DNA of 64,000 nucleotides from Octopus vulgaris (GCA_951406725.2 OX597828.1:34410001-34474000), one strand, 5' to 3'. Positions 39,850 to 53,679 are shown, counted from the first letter of the stretch. The notes: generated by a model not told the origin, from the sequence alone. A program made the numbers and translations.

Positions 39850-40626
39850 TCGACGAAGAAATACGTGGGCTTTACAGAGGATAATTTCAAGGCCAGGTTC
39901 AATAACCACACTTTGAGCTTTAGGCACTGGAACAAAAGAAAAGCGACACAATTATCTAATCATATTTGGTCTTTAAGAGATAAAGGTGTCGATTATAACA
40001 TACATTGGAAGATTTTGGTCAAATGTAAGCCCTATACCAACGGCAGCGGAAGGTGCGGTCTATGCGACATGGAGAGATGGGTTATCTGGAAAAGCAGCTT
40101 AGACCCTACTACAATGTCTAAACTCAAGGACAGACTTTTCGGATCATGCCCACATGTGACTAAATTTCTGTTACGTTTTTGGTCCCCTAAAGAAAACAGA
40201 TAGAACATGTTTTCTATGTTGTGTCCCAAGAAGTTTTTTTACCTCATCATACCTTCTATCATATATTTTATATATATTTTATGTATATTTTTAATATATT
40301 TTTAATATATTTTTTATGTATTTTTATATAATTTTTTATGGCGAAAAATGCGAGTGAAGATGTGTACGTTTACATAGCGATGTATAAGTACGTAGGCAAG
40401 CAGAGTTATAGCACAGTAATTTCCCTTTGTATAACGGTATTTTTTCATAGCGTTTTCAAATAGCCAGATAACCGAAGAGATGGCGTTGTGGATTCCCACT
40501 TCAGCATCTGAAACTCAGAGTTTTATCTTGACTATCGAGTAATGTAACATATTATTTTATAGATAAATTTCCTCTATTTACATAATATTGAGGTCTCTTT
40601 CTTTCTTTTGTTATCTTACCGTTTTA

Positions 40627-40630
<4 letters not shown>
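39850..40630 (+). mobile_element. Penelope-like element 3' fragment: GIY-YIG endonuclease C-terminus and pLTR
   Basis: [19 protein letters not shown]...LSNHIW.L...WKIL...PY....RCGLC..E...SCPH (stop at 40203), resembling Neptune-type PLE endonucleases. (TA)n on both sides. Confidence 0.88.
40466..40528 (+). ncRNA. Type I hammerhead motif in the Penelope pLTR (variant core)
   Basis: AGATAA-CCGAAGA-GATG(22 nt)CATC-T-GAAA-CTC(A)GAG-TT-TTATCT, with a perfect 6-bp stem I. Confidence 0.7.
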
Positions 40631-40660
<30 letters not shown>

Positions 40661-40807
40661 TAAACAGTAAAAATAATTACAGACATGGACAGGAACATGA
40701 AACGCCACAGAGACGACACAAGAACCACAGGACGGGACATTCGAAGCCCTCAGTCATCAGTCAAGAACCAGATCATCTTAGCAATTTCATAGATATATAG
40801 ATAGATA

Positions 40808-41200
40808 TATCCTATTCTTGCTGTTCAGCATTATTATGCGTTTGAGAATAAATTATTTCGATATCTGTATATTTCAATACATGTCACACGCTTCTAAAAC
40901 AACGAAAAACAAACCTTGCTTGTTTACAAATATCGTAATTTGAATTTCACATACAACGGCTACAACATATATAAAGCTAAATTTTTAAGTTCAAAAATTG
41001 CAGAGAAGTTTGTCAGTGGATAGTTTAGCTTAATGGTAAAGCACTTGAGCGGTAATAAGAGAGATGTGAGTTCGAGTCTCAAATTTTTCCGCAATATAAG
41101 GGTATTCTATCCTATTCATGCTGTTCAGCATTATTCTGCGATTGAGAATAAATTATTCCCATACCTGTATATTTCAATACGTCTCAACACTTCTAAAAAA
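40808..41200 (+). repeat. 300-bp-period direct repeat enclosing a tRNA-like segment
   Basis: TATCCTATTC.TGCTGTTCAGCATTATT starts at 40808 and 41108. TAGCTTAATGGTAAAGCAC...GAGTTCGAGTCTC at ~41026-41080. Confidence 0.7.
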
Positions 41201-41503
41201 GAAAAAAAGTTGCAAACAAGATGAGGACAAATATCCATCAAATGTAAATAATGTATAAAAACTATTGTATTTGTTCATTTCTTGTTTGGTGGTGTCATTA
41301 ATCTAAGGCGGGATGGTCATGGCCGAAAACAGCTTCGCTCATGGATCTACAGAATGGGGACTGATCTCTTAGATTAATGACAACACCGGCAACAACAAGC
41401 AATAAATGAAAAAATGGAATGATTTATGTTAATTGGCAAAACTTTCGTATTCATATATTTACATATCTTATCGTTTGTGGTTAACCTTAACCCATAGAAA
41501 AAA

Positions 41504-41820
41504 CATAGCTTAGTGGTTAGGGTCATTCAGCTCTGGATCGAATTGGTTGTGAGTTCGATTCCCGGTGGTGCGTTGTGTCTTTCAGCAAGATACTTTATTT
41601 CACGTTGCCTCCGTCCACTCAACTGGCAAAAATGAATTGTACCTATATTTCAAAGGGCCAGCCATGTCACATTCTGTGTTACGCTGAATCTTCTGAGAAT
41701 TACATTAAGGGTACTCGTGTCTATGGAGTGCTCAGCCGCTTGCAAGTTAATTTCGCGAATAGGCTGTTCCGTTGATCGGATCAACTGGAAACATAATCGT
41801 CGAAAATGACGGAGTACCGG
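41504..41820 (+). mobile_element. SINE family C
   Basis: Homologous to other family C copies. Confidence 0.85.
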
Positions 41821-42074
41821 TCTATTTTTTTTTTTAAACCTTAACCCGTCCCTCCCTCTCTACTTTTATTTTTTCTACTTCTACAATCCCTCATATCTCT
41901 CTCCCTCTCTGTCTGTATGTCTGTCTGCCTGTCTCTCTCTCCCTCTCTCTGTCTCTCTCTGTCTCTCTCTCTTGCACGTACTTTCTCACTTTCCATGTCT
42001 CCTTTTCTCTCTCCGATTTGGTTTATAGCAGAGAACTGGTCAGTTCACCCCAAATTTGGTGCAGTTTCTGTCAA

Positions 42075-42335
42075 TCTTTCTTTCTTTCTTCTTTCTTTTC
42101 TTTCTTTCTTTCTTCCTTCCTTTCTTCCTTTCTTTTTTCCTTTTTCACTCCCCCTCTTCCTTCCTTCCTTCCTTCCTTCTTTCCTTCCTTTCTTTCTTTT
42201 TTCCTTCTTTCCTTCTTGTCTTCCTTCCTTCCTTCCTTCCTTCTTGTCTTCCTTCCTTCCTTCCTTCTTTCCTTTCTTTCTTTCTTTTTTCCTTCTTTCC
42301 TTCTTGTCTTCCTTCCTTCCTTCCTTCCTTCCTTC

Positions 42336-42374
<39 letters not shown>

Positions 42375-42448
42375 TCCTTTCTTTCTTTCTTTCTTTCTTT
42401 TTTCCTTCCTTCCTTCTTGTCCTCCTTCCTTCCTTCCTTCCTTCCTTC

Positions 42449-42485
<37 letters not shown>

Positions 42486-42640
42486 TTTCTTTCTTTTTTC
42501 CTTCCTTCCTTCTTGTCTTCCTTCGTCCCTTCCTTCCTTCCTTCCTTCCTTCCTTCCTTCCTTCCTTTCTTTCTTTCTTTCTTCCTTTCTTTCTTTCTTT
42601 CTTTCCTTCCTTCTTTCCCCCCTTCCTCCCTCTTCTCCTC
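42075..42640. repeat. (CTTT)n/(CCTT)n polypyrimidine tract
   Basis: Seen directly. Confidence 0.95.
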
Positions 42641-42891
42641 CCAAATAATATGTAAATGATATTGTAAAGGCTTTTCGTTTTCGCTTCCGTCTTTGTTGTT
42701 CTTTTTGTTATCTTTGTCTTTTCTTTGTTTTGTTTTTGTATCTTTCAGCCCCAGATATGTAAATACTATTTACAAAACATGTTCAATATTCATGATTAGA
42801 TTCATAATTAACGGAGAAAACCAAAAACGCCACAAAAATAACAATAAAAACGAAAATGAATACACCACCACCAAAACTACCACCATTACTG

Positions 42892-42956
<65 letters not shown>

Positions 42957-43261
42957 GCTACTGCTACTGCTCCCGCTGCTGCGACTGCTGCTGATGCTGC
43001 TGTCACTGGCGATGCTTTTCTCTTTGGAATCGATTCAAGACTACATACATTATAGGATATATTCGACTGCTGAATCGATTTCGATCATTAAATAATTGAT
43101 TGATAAATATATTTATTTATCATCAGATGTAAGTATAGATATGGTATTAGGAAGTTTAAATCGCGTAAACGTAGATCTGAGTTCGATTTCATTGCATGGA
43201 ACCTCGGGCAATCGTCTTCTCCCATAACTTAAAGCTGATCCATACAGTCTTTTATTCGTGT

Positions 43262-43458
43262 TTTTTCTACTCTAGGCACAAGGCCCGAAATTTTTTGGGG
43301 GGTGCCAGTCGATTATATCGACCCCAGTACGCAACTGATATTTAATTTATCGACTCCGAAAGGATGAAAGGCAAAGTCGAACTCAGGACGTAAAGACAGA
43401 CGAAATACTGCTAAGCATTTTGCCCGGCGTGCTAACATTTCTGCCAGCTTGGCGCCTT
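43262..43458 (-). mobile_element. SINE family A with internal deletion
   Basis: Family A core and head. Confidence 0.85.
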
Positions 43459-43673
43459 GCTGACCCAATACACTGAAAACGAAATGTGGTGGATGGAAAT
43501 AGTGCAGAATCCTACAGCCTACAGCGTATATGTAATTTAATAACAATTTGACTCAGCTCGATGCAGGCTCTTGAACGAACCTATCTCGTCAGGTATCTAG
43601 GGACGAGTGCCATTTCTTTCGTTTGTCCCGCATTCGTACAGTTGTGTGTTCTTTTGTGTGTGTGTTTTGTGTG

Positions 43674-43720
<47 letters not shown>

Positions 43721-43737
43721 TTCGTGTGCATGCATAT

Positions 43738-43880
43738 ATGATGGGGTGCAGAAAAAGTTCCTGGCTTTAAGGGCATCGAGAAAGACCTGGTTGGAGACCG
43801 AACCTTCCGAGTTGTTTTAGAGGCTTTAGAAAAAGTGAAGCACTGCTGTAATAAGTGTGTGAATCTGAGAGAGGAATATA
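43738..43880 (+). mobile_element. Non-autonomous mariner fragment
   Basis: TIR-like TATGATGGGGTGCAGAAAAAGTTCC joined to a remnant of the transposase C-terminus (CNKCVNLREEY). Confidence 0.6.
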
Positions 43881-43909
43881 CATACATACATACATACATA
43901 CAGATATAG

Positions 43910-43954
<45 letters not shown>

Positions 43955-43962
43955 CACGCACA

Positions 43963-44102
43963 CGAGTAAGCACATAAATACAAACCGAGGTGGAGGAAAT
44001 TAGTACTCGAATACCGAAGGTAGAGTAATATGCTTTTTTATTAAAGCTGCAAAAATATCACAAAAATCTGACTCAGAATTTCATGTTCCCGTTCATCAGA
44101 CA
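43963..44102 (-). mobile_element. Family H single arm with hammerhead motif (44063-44102)
   Basis: Homologous to 27422-27561. Minus strand TGT-CTGATGA-ACGGGAACAT-GAAA-TTCTGAG-TC-AGATTTT. Confidence 0.78.
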
Positions 44103-44220
44103 TAGATAGATAGATAGATAGATAGATGGGCAGATAGACAGATAGATAGACAAATAGATAGATAGACAGACAGAAAGAGCTATAGATAGATAGATAAACA
44201 TACAGACAGATAGACAGATT

Positions 44221-44275
<55 letters not shown>

Positions 44276-44323
44276 TGTTAGATAGATTGATCAGTCGATA
44301 GATAGATAGAAAGATAGATGGAT
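44102..44323. repeat. (GATA)n/(GACA)n microsatellite, 3' flank of Tx1 copy 4
   Basis: Seen directly. Confidence 0.95.
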
Positions 44324-44326
44324 ATC

Positions 44327-45980
44327 TTTCCTTATTAGCCACACAACACCGAACACAGAGGGGACAAATACAATATAGAGCATTTATTTCGAAAGAAGAA
44401 AAAAGGTAAATAGAAAAATGGGAGGAAAAAATTCCGATCAAGAGGATTCATGTGTCACAGAGCAGAGTAAAAATGTAAAAGACAAATTAGGTTTATCCGT
44501 GGAAAGAAAAGCCTACAAAAAAGACCACAGTAACCTCAGGCAGGGAAGGAAAACACATGAGAGCAAAGCGCTCAGTCGCTCCTTTTTGGATTTATAGGAT
44601 CATGCTTAAAGTGGTTTCGTCATTCGCGAGTACCATCTTTACTACATTCACCCATCTTTTATTGAATCTTTCATGAGACAAAACTTCCCTCTCTATTCTC
44701 ACCTTTTTTTGCAAGTGATATTTGAAAAAGTTGATGAGCGACTGGCCAGAGAAGGAAGTGTTTGTCTCTAAACACGCACATTCTTTCACCATGGTCACCA
44801 GTACGATGAAGACTGCCTTGCCTTCCCGGTTAAGGGAAGGTGGCGGGGCAATTTTCACGGTAGACTCGGCTGACGACCAAATTCGTACTACAGATGACAG
44901 CAGCCATTCGACATAAGCCCACAAGTCCGAAATGGTTGGACGCTGCCCGAGTGCCTGTAGAACGGTTTTGTCGCTCTGACCGCATCTCAGGCAAACGGTC
45001 CGGTGTATCTAGAACCGTGCCTGTAGAACTTATCCTGAGCGGGCAATGCTTCCCGATAGCACTGCCAGACCAGTATCTCTGGTGATTGTCCATAAGTCCC
45101 GACTCGAAGGTTGTCCTTAACAGGTGGGTCAGGTGTTCCTCGTCGACATCTAGATTCTGCTCGAGAACGTCGTCGCACCGCCCCTAAACTAATCCTCTAT
45201 AGAACGCCTTCGTGGAATTGAAGTCGCACAAGTTTGGTCCCGGACGGCAGAGATGCTTGAGAGCAACGCGTCACATGCGGTGCCAATCGCCTAGCCTCGG
45301 TCTCTGTTTGATCCACGACTGAAGTTCGGCCAAAGAGATAAGCTGCGGGAAAGTGCGTTTCACAAACGGTGACCACACATGTTCACCGTCGTCTATGAAG
45401 CGCTGGAGATGTCACAGTCTCAGTGCATGCCTGTGCATCATCAACCACGGCATGTCCAGCCCTCCATTTAGCGGGTGTTGACAGCAAATGGAACGCTTTA
45501 GCATCGCAACGCTTCCCTTCCACAAAAAGCAGAAGAGTATGCGTTCCACAGACGGTAATCGGTGACGGATGCGATGTACGCGTTCGCCACCTCCACCCGA
45601 TATTTTAGGCATAGCTTCCTCTCGGCTCATTGCTGGGAGCGAGTGACCACCCTACTCGTTATCTCGTCCCAGTTCTTCTCCATTTGGAGGTCTGGACCGA
45701 ACCAGACCCCGAACAATTTAACCAGTCTGTCGGTCCAGCGTCCCACGACGGAGACGCTGTTGAACGGCATGGGCTTGCTTCTCCAGGTGCCGAGCCGCAA
45801 GCCCACTGACATTTTCCGGTTAATTTTCGTTTCGTTACCGTTTCGTATTCTTTTAGTGTCTCGCCGACCAGGTCGATATGCCTGTGGCTCGACACTATCA
45901 CAGTGATGTCGTCCGCGTATGCAGACACGCTCCCCGCCCCGCATCCCAGTTCTTACAGGATGCCCCTCAGCGTCACCAGA
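44327..45980 (-). mobile_element. Tx1-clade LINE copy 4 (older; RT, Zn-knuckle region and 3' UTR)
   Basis: SAYADDIT, KINRKMSVGLRLGTWR, FLWKG, GGLDMPW, decayed CxxC knuckle and C-terminal TTLSMIL. GATA/GACA repeats on both sides. Confidence 0.9.
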
Positions 45981-47022
45981 GAGACAGACAGACAGATAGA
46001 TAGGGGGACAGATAGGTAAATGCAGAATTGCAAGACCTACAATTCTGTGAGTGGTATGCACAGATGCAATTGTGTGCACAAGCTCGTGTTTTGCATGAGT
46101 GTTTATAACAGTCAGTTGTCCAGTCGTCTTACACTTATATCGATGGAAACGGCCTACTACATTCAGTGAGTTTTGTGATGATGATGATGATAATGACGAC
46201 GACGACGACGATAATGATGACGATGATGATGATGATGGTGATTATGCTGCTGATGATGATGATAGTGATGATAACGACGATTCTGATGATCCTGTTAATG
46301 CATATTTCTCTTGTTATCGCCGGGCCTTCGACATGATTCTCTGCGAGAATCCGTGTCAATATCACAAAAGTTTGTCACGTCTGAACATTTCATGCTGCTG
46401 TGCCATGAAACTGTTTACAACAACAACAACAACAGCAGCAGCAGCAGAACCACCACCACCACCACCACCACCACCATCACCACCATTGCCGTCACCATTG
46501 CTAGCAACATCGAAATATCAACGCTATCATGTTCATTTAATTTCAGATTCTGTTGACATGTTTTTCATAAATAATTTAGTCGTTGTCGTTGTCGTTGTTG
46601 TTGTTGTTGCCACTGTTGTTGTCAGTATAACATTTTATCTTGCTTTGCACGTTTCCATATTATTATTATTTGTACTTTTTCTGAAAAAATAAAATAAAAT
46701 AAAATAAAATAAAATAAATGAATGATATATATTGCTATCATTATGTTATGCTATCATTATGATATCACTTCACCTCTGCATTTGATATTATTTATTTTAA
46801 ATACACACACATACACACACATACACACACACGCACACACACACATGCACACGCACACACACACACACACACATAAAATTACGTCATCAATATATCGTGT
46901 GAAATACTGTTAGAACATCATTAGAATTTCCACCATCTTCCATTATAACTCCATTCTCCACCTCCTCATCTTCCACCACCACCACCACCACCACCACCTA
47001 CTACTACTACTACTACTACTAT

Positions 47023-47071
<49 letters not shown>

Positions 47072-47077
47072 ATTACT

Positions 47078-47389
47078 GACACTCTGTCGGTCACGGCGAC
47101 GAGGGTTCCAACGGAACAGCCTGCTCGCGAAATTAACGTCCATGTGGCTGAGTATTCCACAGACACGTGTACCCTTAACTTAGTTCTTAGGGAGATTCAG
47201 CATGACTCAGAATGTGACAAGACTGGACCTTTTCAATTACGGGTACAACTCATTTTTGCCAGCTGAGTGGAACTGGAGCAAAGTGAAATAAAGTGTCTTG
47301 CTCAAGGACACAACGCATTGCCGGAAATCGAACTCACGACCTTACGATAGTGAATCGATTATCCTAACCATCAAGCCACGCGCTTTCAC
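47078..47389 (-). mobile_element. SINE family C
   Basis: Homologous to other family C copies. Confidence 0.85.
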
Positions 47390-47485
47390 TACTACAACTA
47401 CAACTACTACTGCTACTACCACCACCACCACCACCACTACTACTACTACCACCACCACCACCACCACCAAGCCACTACTACCACG

Positions 47486-47551
<66 letters not shown>

Positions 47552-47826
47552 GCTACTACTACTACTGGAATCGACTTAGCCCTTCTCACCCGAAAATGCT
47601 GGCCTTGTGCCAAAATTTGAAACCAGTGTTATAGAAGATGGAAAAAACAAACAAACAAGAAAGCAATTCAAAAAAGGAAGCAAATAACTGATATCCAGAA
47701 TGGATGGAACCGCAAGACTCCTGGATGCAAAGATAATTACATGTTCTTCCGAAAAAAAAACAAAACTGAAGGCAACACACGGCTTCAGATCAAGATTCTT
47801 GTAAAACAAACTCAAAACTTATTTAT

Positions 47827-48012
47827 ATTATTTACATTCGACGGGGAAATTTCGAACCTGGGTTCGAAATTTTCCCAAGACACCTAGTGAAGCCTGGAGG
47901 GTATATCAGCCGAAACGTTGTGTTAACAACAAACAAGATGAGGACTCATATCCGTCGAATGTAAATAATGTAAATAATGTACATAATTCTCATCTCTTAA
48001 ATATAGAACTGT
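47827..48012 (+). mobile_element. SINE family D, headless fold-back copy with mutated hammerhead (47879-47924)
   Basis: GGGAAATTTCGAACCTGGGTTCGAAATTTTCCC inversion junction, then GACAC-CTAGTGA-A-GCCTG..CAGCC-GAAACGTT-GTGTT. Confidence 0.82.
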
Positions 48013-48038
48013 AAACTCAAAACTGACAAATATTGAAC

Positions 48039-48215
48039 CAGGAGTGGCTGTGTGTTAAGTAGCTTGCTAACCAACCACATGGTTCCGGGTTCAGTCCCAC
48101 TGCGTGGCATCTCGGGCAAGTGTCTTCTGCTATAGCCCCGAGCCGACCAATGCCTTGTGAGTGGATTTGGTAGACGGAAACTGAAAGAAGCCTGTCGTAT
48201 ATATGTATATATATA

Positions 48216-48248
<33 letters not shown>

Positions 48249-48447
48249 TTGTTCCCCTAGCATTGCTTGACAACCGATGCTGGTGTGTTTACGTCCCCGT
48301 CACTTAGTGGTTCGGCAAAAAAGACCGATAGAATAAGTACTGGGCTTACAAAGAATAAGTCCCGGGGTCGATTTGCTCGACTAAGGGCGGTGCTCCAGCA
48401 TGGCCGCAGTCAAATGACTGAAACAAGTAAAAGAGTAAAAGAGTAAA
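48039..48447 (+). mobile_element. SINE family B, full length and young-looking
   Basis: Complete head, microsatellite and tail ending in AAAAGAGT repeats. Confidence 0.92.
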
Positions 48448-48564
48448 TGGTATAAATAACTAGGAAATGGATAAAAATAAATCAACAACAAACATGGCGG
48501 TTTTAAGGAAACCAACATATAGTAACAAAAGTTGAGCTATTTCTTGTCTCTTTTTTATTTTTTT

Positions 48565-49221
48565 TTATCTTTTGTTTCAGCCACTGGATTAGAGACATTC
48601 TGGCGCACCGCCTTGAAGGGTTTTAGTCGAAAAAAAAAAATCGACGACAGTACTTAAGTCTGGTCCTTATGATATCGACTTCTATGATTGAACCACTAAG
48701 TTACGGTGACGTAAACGAACTAACACCGGTTGTCTAGTGAAGAAGAAGAAGAAGAAGAAAAGGCAGAGGAGGGAAGAGATGAAAGAGGAGGTGCAGAAGA
48801 ATAAGAATAAGAAGGCAGAGGAGGAGGAGGAGGAGGAGAAGAAGAAGGAAGAAGAAGAAGAAGAAGAAGAAGAAGAAAAAAAGAAGAATGGTTTTAATCG
48901 AAAAAATCAATCACAGTACTTAAGTCTGGTCCTTATGATATCGACTTCAATGATTGAACCACTAATTTACGGTGACGTAAACGAACCAACAACGGTTGTC
49001 TAGTGGTGGGTAAAGGATAAACCCTGACACAAAGAAACACACACAGATACATACACGCACATACAACCACACATATATACGACAGTCTTCCACACAGTTT
49101 TCGCCTACCAAATTCACTCACGAGGCACTGGCCGGGATGGAGCTTTAGTAGAAGGCATAGATGCTGCACAGTGGAAATTAACCCGAAACTACGTGGTTAT
49201 GAAATGAATCCACACAGCCAT
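48565..49221 (-). mobile_element. Old SINE family B with a ~120-bp internal duplication flanking a GAA insert
   Basis: 48619-48739 repeated at 48890-49005. Confidence 0.8.
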
Positions 49222-49539
49222 TAAAGACCTTTTCATACAGGAATTTTTGCCGGCGAAAAGATGATAGTCGGTGGGTGATTGTTGGTGGAAGAGAGGTCAC
49301 GGAGTAAGCTGCGTTAGGTAGAGTTTCTTATCCCAGTGCATCGAATTTCGTTAAAGTATCTGGAGTGAGGGAGACAGTTCCCAGCCATTTTCTGAATCGA
49401 CTGCGTGAAGTGCCCATGGCCACAAAGGAGTGCATATCAAGGCCATAATAATCCTTTCTCTGTGAATAGTGAAATGGAGAAAGAATTACTGGAGGAAGAG
49501 GAAGAGTAAGCGTAATAAAGAGAACAAGAAGTAGGTGGG

Positions 49540-50415
49540 TGGGGAGGAGGAGATGAAAGAGGAGGTAAAGAAGAAGAAGAAGAAGAAGAAGAAGAAGAAG
49601 AAGAAGACAGAGAAGGAGGATATGAAAGCGGAGGTGGAGAAGAAGTAGTAGTTGTAGTAGTAGTAGAAGAAGAAGAAGGCAGAGGAGGAGGAGATGAAAG
49701 AGGGGGTGGAGAAGAAGAAGAAGAAGAAGGAGGAGGAGAAGAAGAAGAAGAAGAAGAAGGAGGAGGAGATGAAAGTGGAGGTGGAGAAGAAGTAGTAGTT
49801 GTAGTAGTAGTAGTAGAAGAAGAAAGCAGAGGAGGAGGAGATGAAAGAGGGGGTGGAGAAGAAGAAGAAGAAGAAGAAGAAGGCAGAGGAGGAGATGAAA
49901 GAGGAGGCGGAGAAGAAGAAGAAGAAGAATGAGGAGAAGAAGAAGAAGAAGAAGGAGGAGGAGGAGGAGGAGGACGAGGAGGAGGAGATGAAAGTGGAGG
50001 TGGAGAAGAAGTAGTAGTTGTAGTAGTAGTAGTAGAAGAAGAAGAAGAAGAAGGCAGAGGAGGAGGAGATGAAAGAGGGGGTGGAGAAGAAGAAGAAGAA
50101 GAAGAAGGCAGAGGAGGAGGAGATGAAAGAGGAGGCGGAGAAGAAGAAGAAGAAGAAGGAGGAGAGGAGGAGGAGAAGAGAAAAAGAAGACGGAGAAGAA
50201 GAAGAAAAAGAAGGTAGAGGAGGAGGAGAAGAGAAAAAGAAGAAGAAAGAGAAGAAGAAGAAGAAGAAGAAGAAGTAGAAGAAGAAGAAGAAGAAGAAGG
50301 AGAAGAAGAAGAAGAAGAAGAAGAAGAAGAAGAAGAAGAAGAAGAAGAAGAAAAAGAAGAAGAAGGCAGAGGAGGAGGAGATGAAAGCGGAGGTGGAGAA
50401 GAAGAAGAGGAAGAA

Positions 50416-50450
<35 letters not shown>

Positions 50451-51025
50451 AGAAGAAGGAGAAGAAGATGAAAGCGGAGGTGGGGAAGAAGAAGAAGAAG
50501 AAGAAGAAGAAGAAAAAGAAGAAGAAGGCAGAGGAGGAGGAGATGAAAGCGGAGGTGGAGAAGAAGAAGAAGAAGAAGAAGAAGAAGAAGAAGAAGAAGA
50601 AGAAAAAGAAGAAGGAGAAGAAGATGAAAGCGGAGGTGGGGAAGAAGAAGAAGAAGAAGAAGAAGAAGAAGAAGAAGAAGGCAGAGGAGGAGGAGATGAA
50701 AGCGGAGGTGGAGAAGAAGAAGAAGAGGAAGAGGAAGAGGAAGAAGAAGAAGAAGAAGAAGAAGAAGAAGAAGAAGGTAGAGGAGGGGGAGATGAAAGCG
50801 GAGGTGGAGAAGAAGAAGAAGAAGAAGAAGAAGAAGAAGAAGAAGAAGGCAGAAGAGGTGGAGATGAAAGAAGAGGTGGAGAAGTAGAAGAAGAAGGAAA
50901 AGAAGGAAGAGGAAAAGGAAAAGGAAAAGAAGAAAGTGAAGAAAGAGGAGAAGAAGGATGAAGGGGAGAGAAAAAAAGAACAAGAGGGGGAAGAGAAGAA
51001 AGAGGAGGAAGAAGAGGAAGAAATG
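49540..51025. repeat. Complex (GAA)n/(GAG)n minisatellite with a higher-order unit
   Basis: Recurrent GCAGAGGAGGAGGAGATGAAAG.GGAGGTGGAG followed by (AAG)n. Confidence 0.92.
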
Positions 51026-51386
51026 GGGAGAGTTACTGTGCTGCTGCACATCCTACAGGATCAACAGCAACAACAACAACAAGAAGAAATAAGAAAAGAT
51101 TCAACAAATATACAAGTATTTGAAAAAAATATTATATAAAAAATACCGTTATGGATGCTGGAATGGAGAGAGAAAAAACATGAGAAATAAAAGAAAATTT
51201 AAGAAATGTAGATTTGAATTAAAACATAAAAAAAAAACCAAATTATCCGAAAAAGTTTATTTAAAAGAAATTAACAAAATCTTATAAAAATGTAAGAGAA
51301 ATAAGAAAATCAAAAGAAGAGAAAATTGTAACCAAAATATACAAAAAAAAAGGCGGTAAAGTATGAAAGGAATAAAATGTACTGGA

Positions 51387-51431
<45 letters not shown>

Positions 51432-51803
51432 GGAAGCAATAAGAGAGAGGGAGAGAGTGAGAGAGAAGGGAGGAGTGAGAGCATGCATGAGTGAATGAGT
51501 GAGCGAAAGTTTATGACAGGAAATTATATTAAGAAAAAACAAAGAATGAAGGAGGGGGACGAAAGAGGGTGGGGGGGGGGAGAGTTATCGAAATATAGTG
51601 AATAAAGATTGAAGGTTTATGGGTGAATGGATAGAGTGATGAAGAGACATGTTAATGTATATGATATGTGTGTATATGTACGGGTGTGAGTGTGTATACG
51701 CATACGTTTTTATGTATGTATGTTTGTATGTATGAATATATATGTCTTATACGAAAAAAGACGATGATGATTGAGTGATATGTTAATATATGTAATGTTC
51801 GTG

Positions 51804-51845
<42 letters not shown>

Positions 51846-51869
51846 CACGCACATACGCACATAGATAAA

Positions 51870-53056
<1,187 letters not shown>

Positions 53057-53539
53057 ACATGTATTCTTGTTTGTGTGCGCATCTGTGCATGTATACAAGT
53101 GGTGGTGGTGATGGTGGTTGTAAATGAGTAGAGATGCTGAGAGAAAGAGGGACAAAATGAAATGATAAAGAGAGGAAAGCGGAGTCGGCGAAAGGACGTT
53201 TTGAAGAGAAAGTTAAAGGGGGGGGAAGAAGGAAGAGGAGGAAAATACATGCCGAGAGAGAGAAAGAAAGTGAGAGAGGGGTAGAGGGGGAGAGAGAGGG
53301 GGGTGGAGGAATAATTGGGGCGGGAAGATAATGTAGTCAAGTAAAAAGATCGATAGACATCCAGACTGAAAAATAGATGGATGAACTGAGAGACGGTGAA
53401 GCAGTTAAATAGATCATTGCGTAGAGAGATGGATGTGTGAGTGTATACACACACATACACACACACACACACACACGCACGCACGCACACGCACGCACGC
53501 ACACGCACGCACACATATATATACACATATATACACACA

Positions 53540-53578
<39 letters not shown>

Positions 53579-53637
53579 TTCAAGATAGAGAGGTTGATGG
53601 ATGAAATTGACAGATATATAGGTGTATGCATAAATGA

Positions 53638-53679
<42 letters not shown>

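Noticed and set aside
40725-40790. CTGATGA on the minus strand as a hammerhead
   Set aside because: Followed by GAAT rather than GAAA, with no credible stem II or stem I.
49328-51051. 573-aa and 521-aa minus-strand ORFs
   Set aside because: Poly-L/F/S translations of the GAA minisatellite; open only because the repeat lacks stops.
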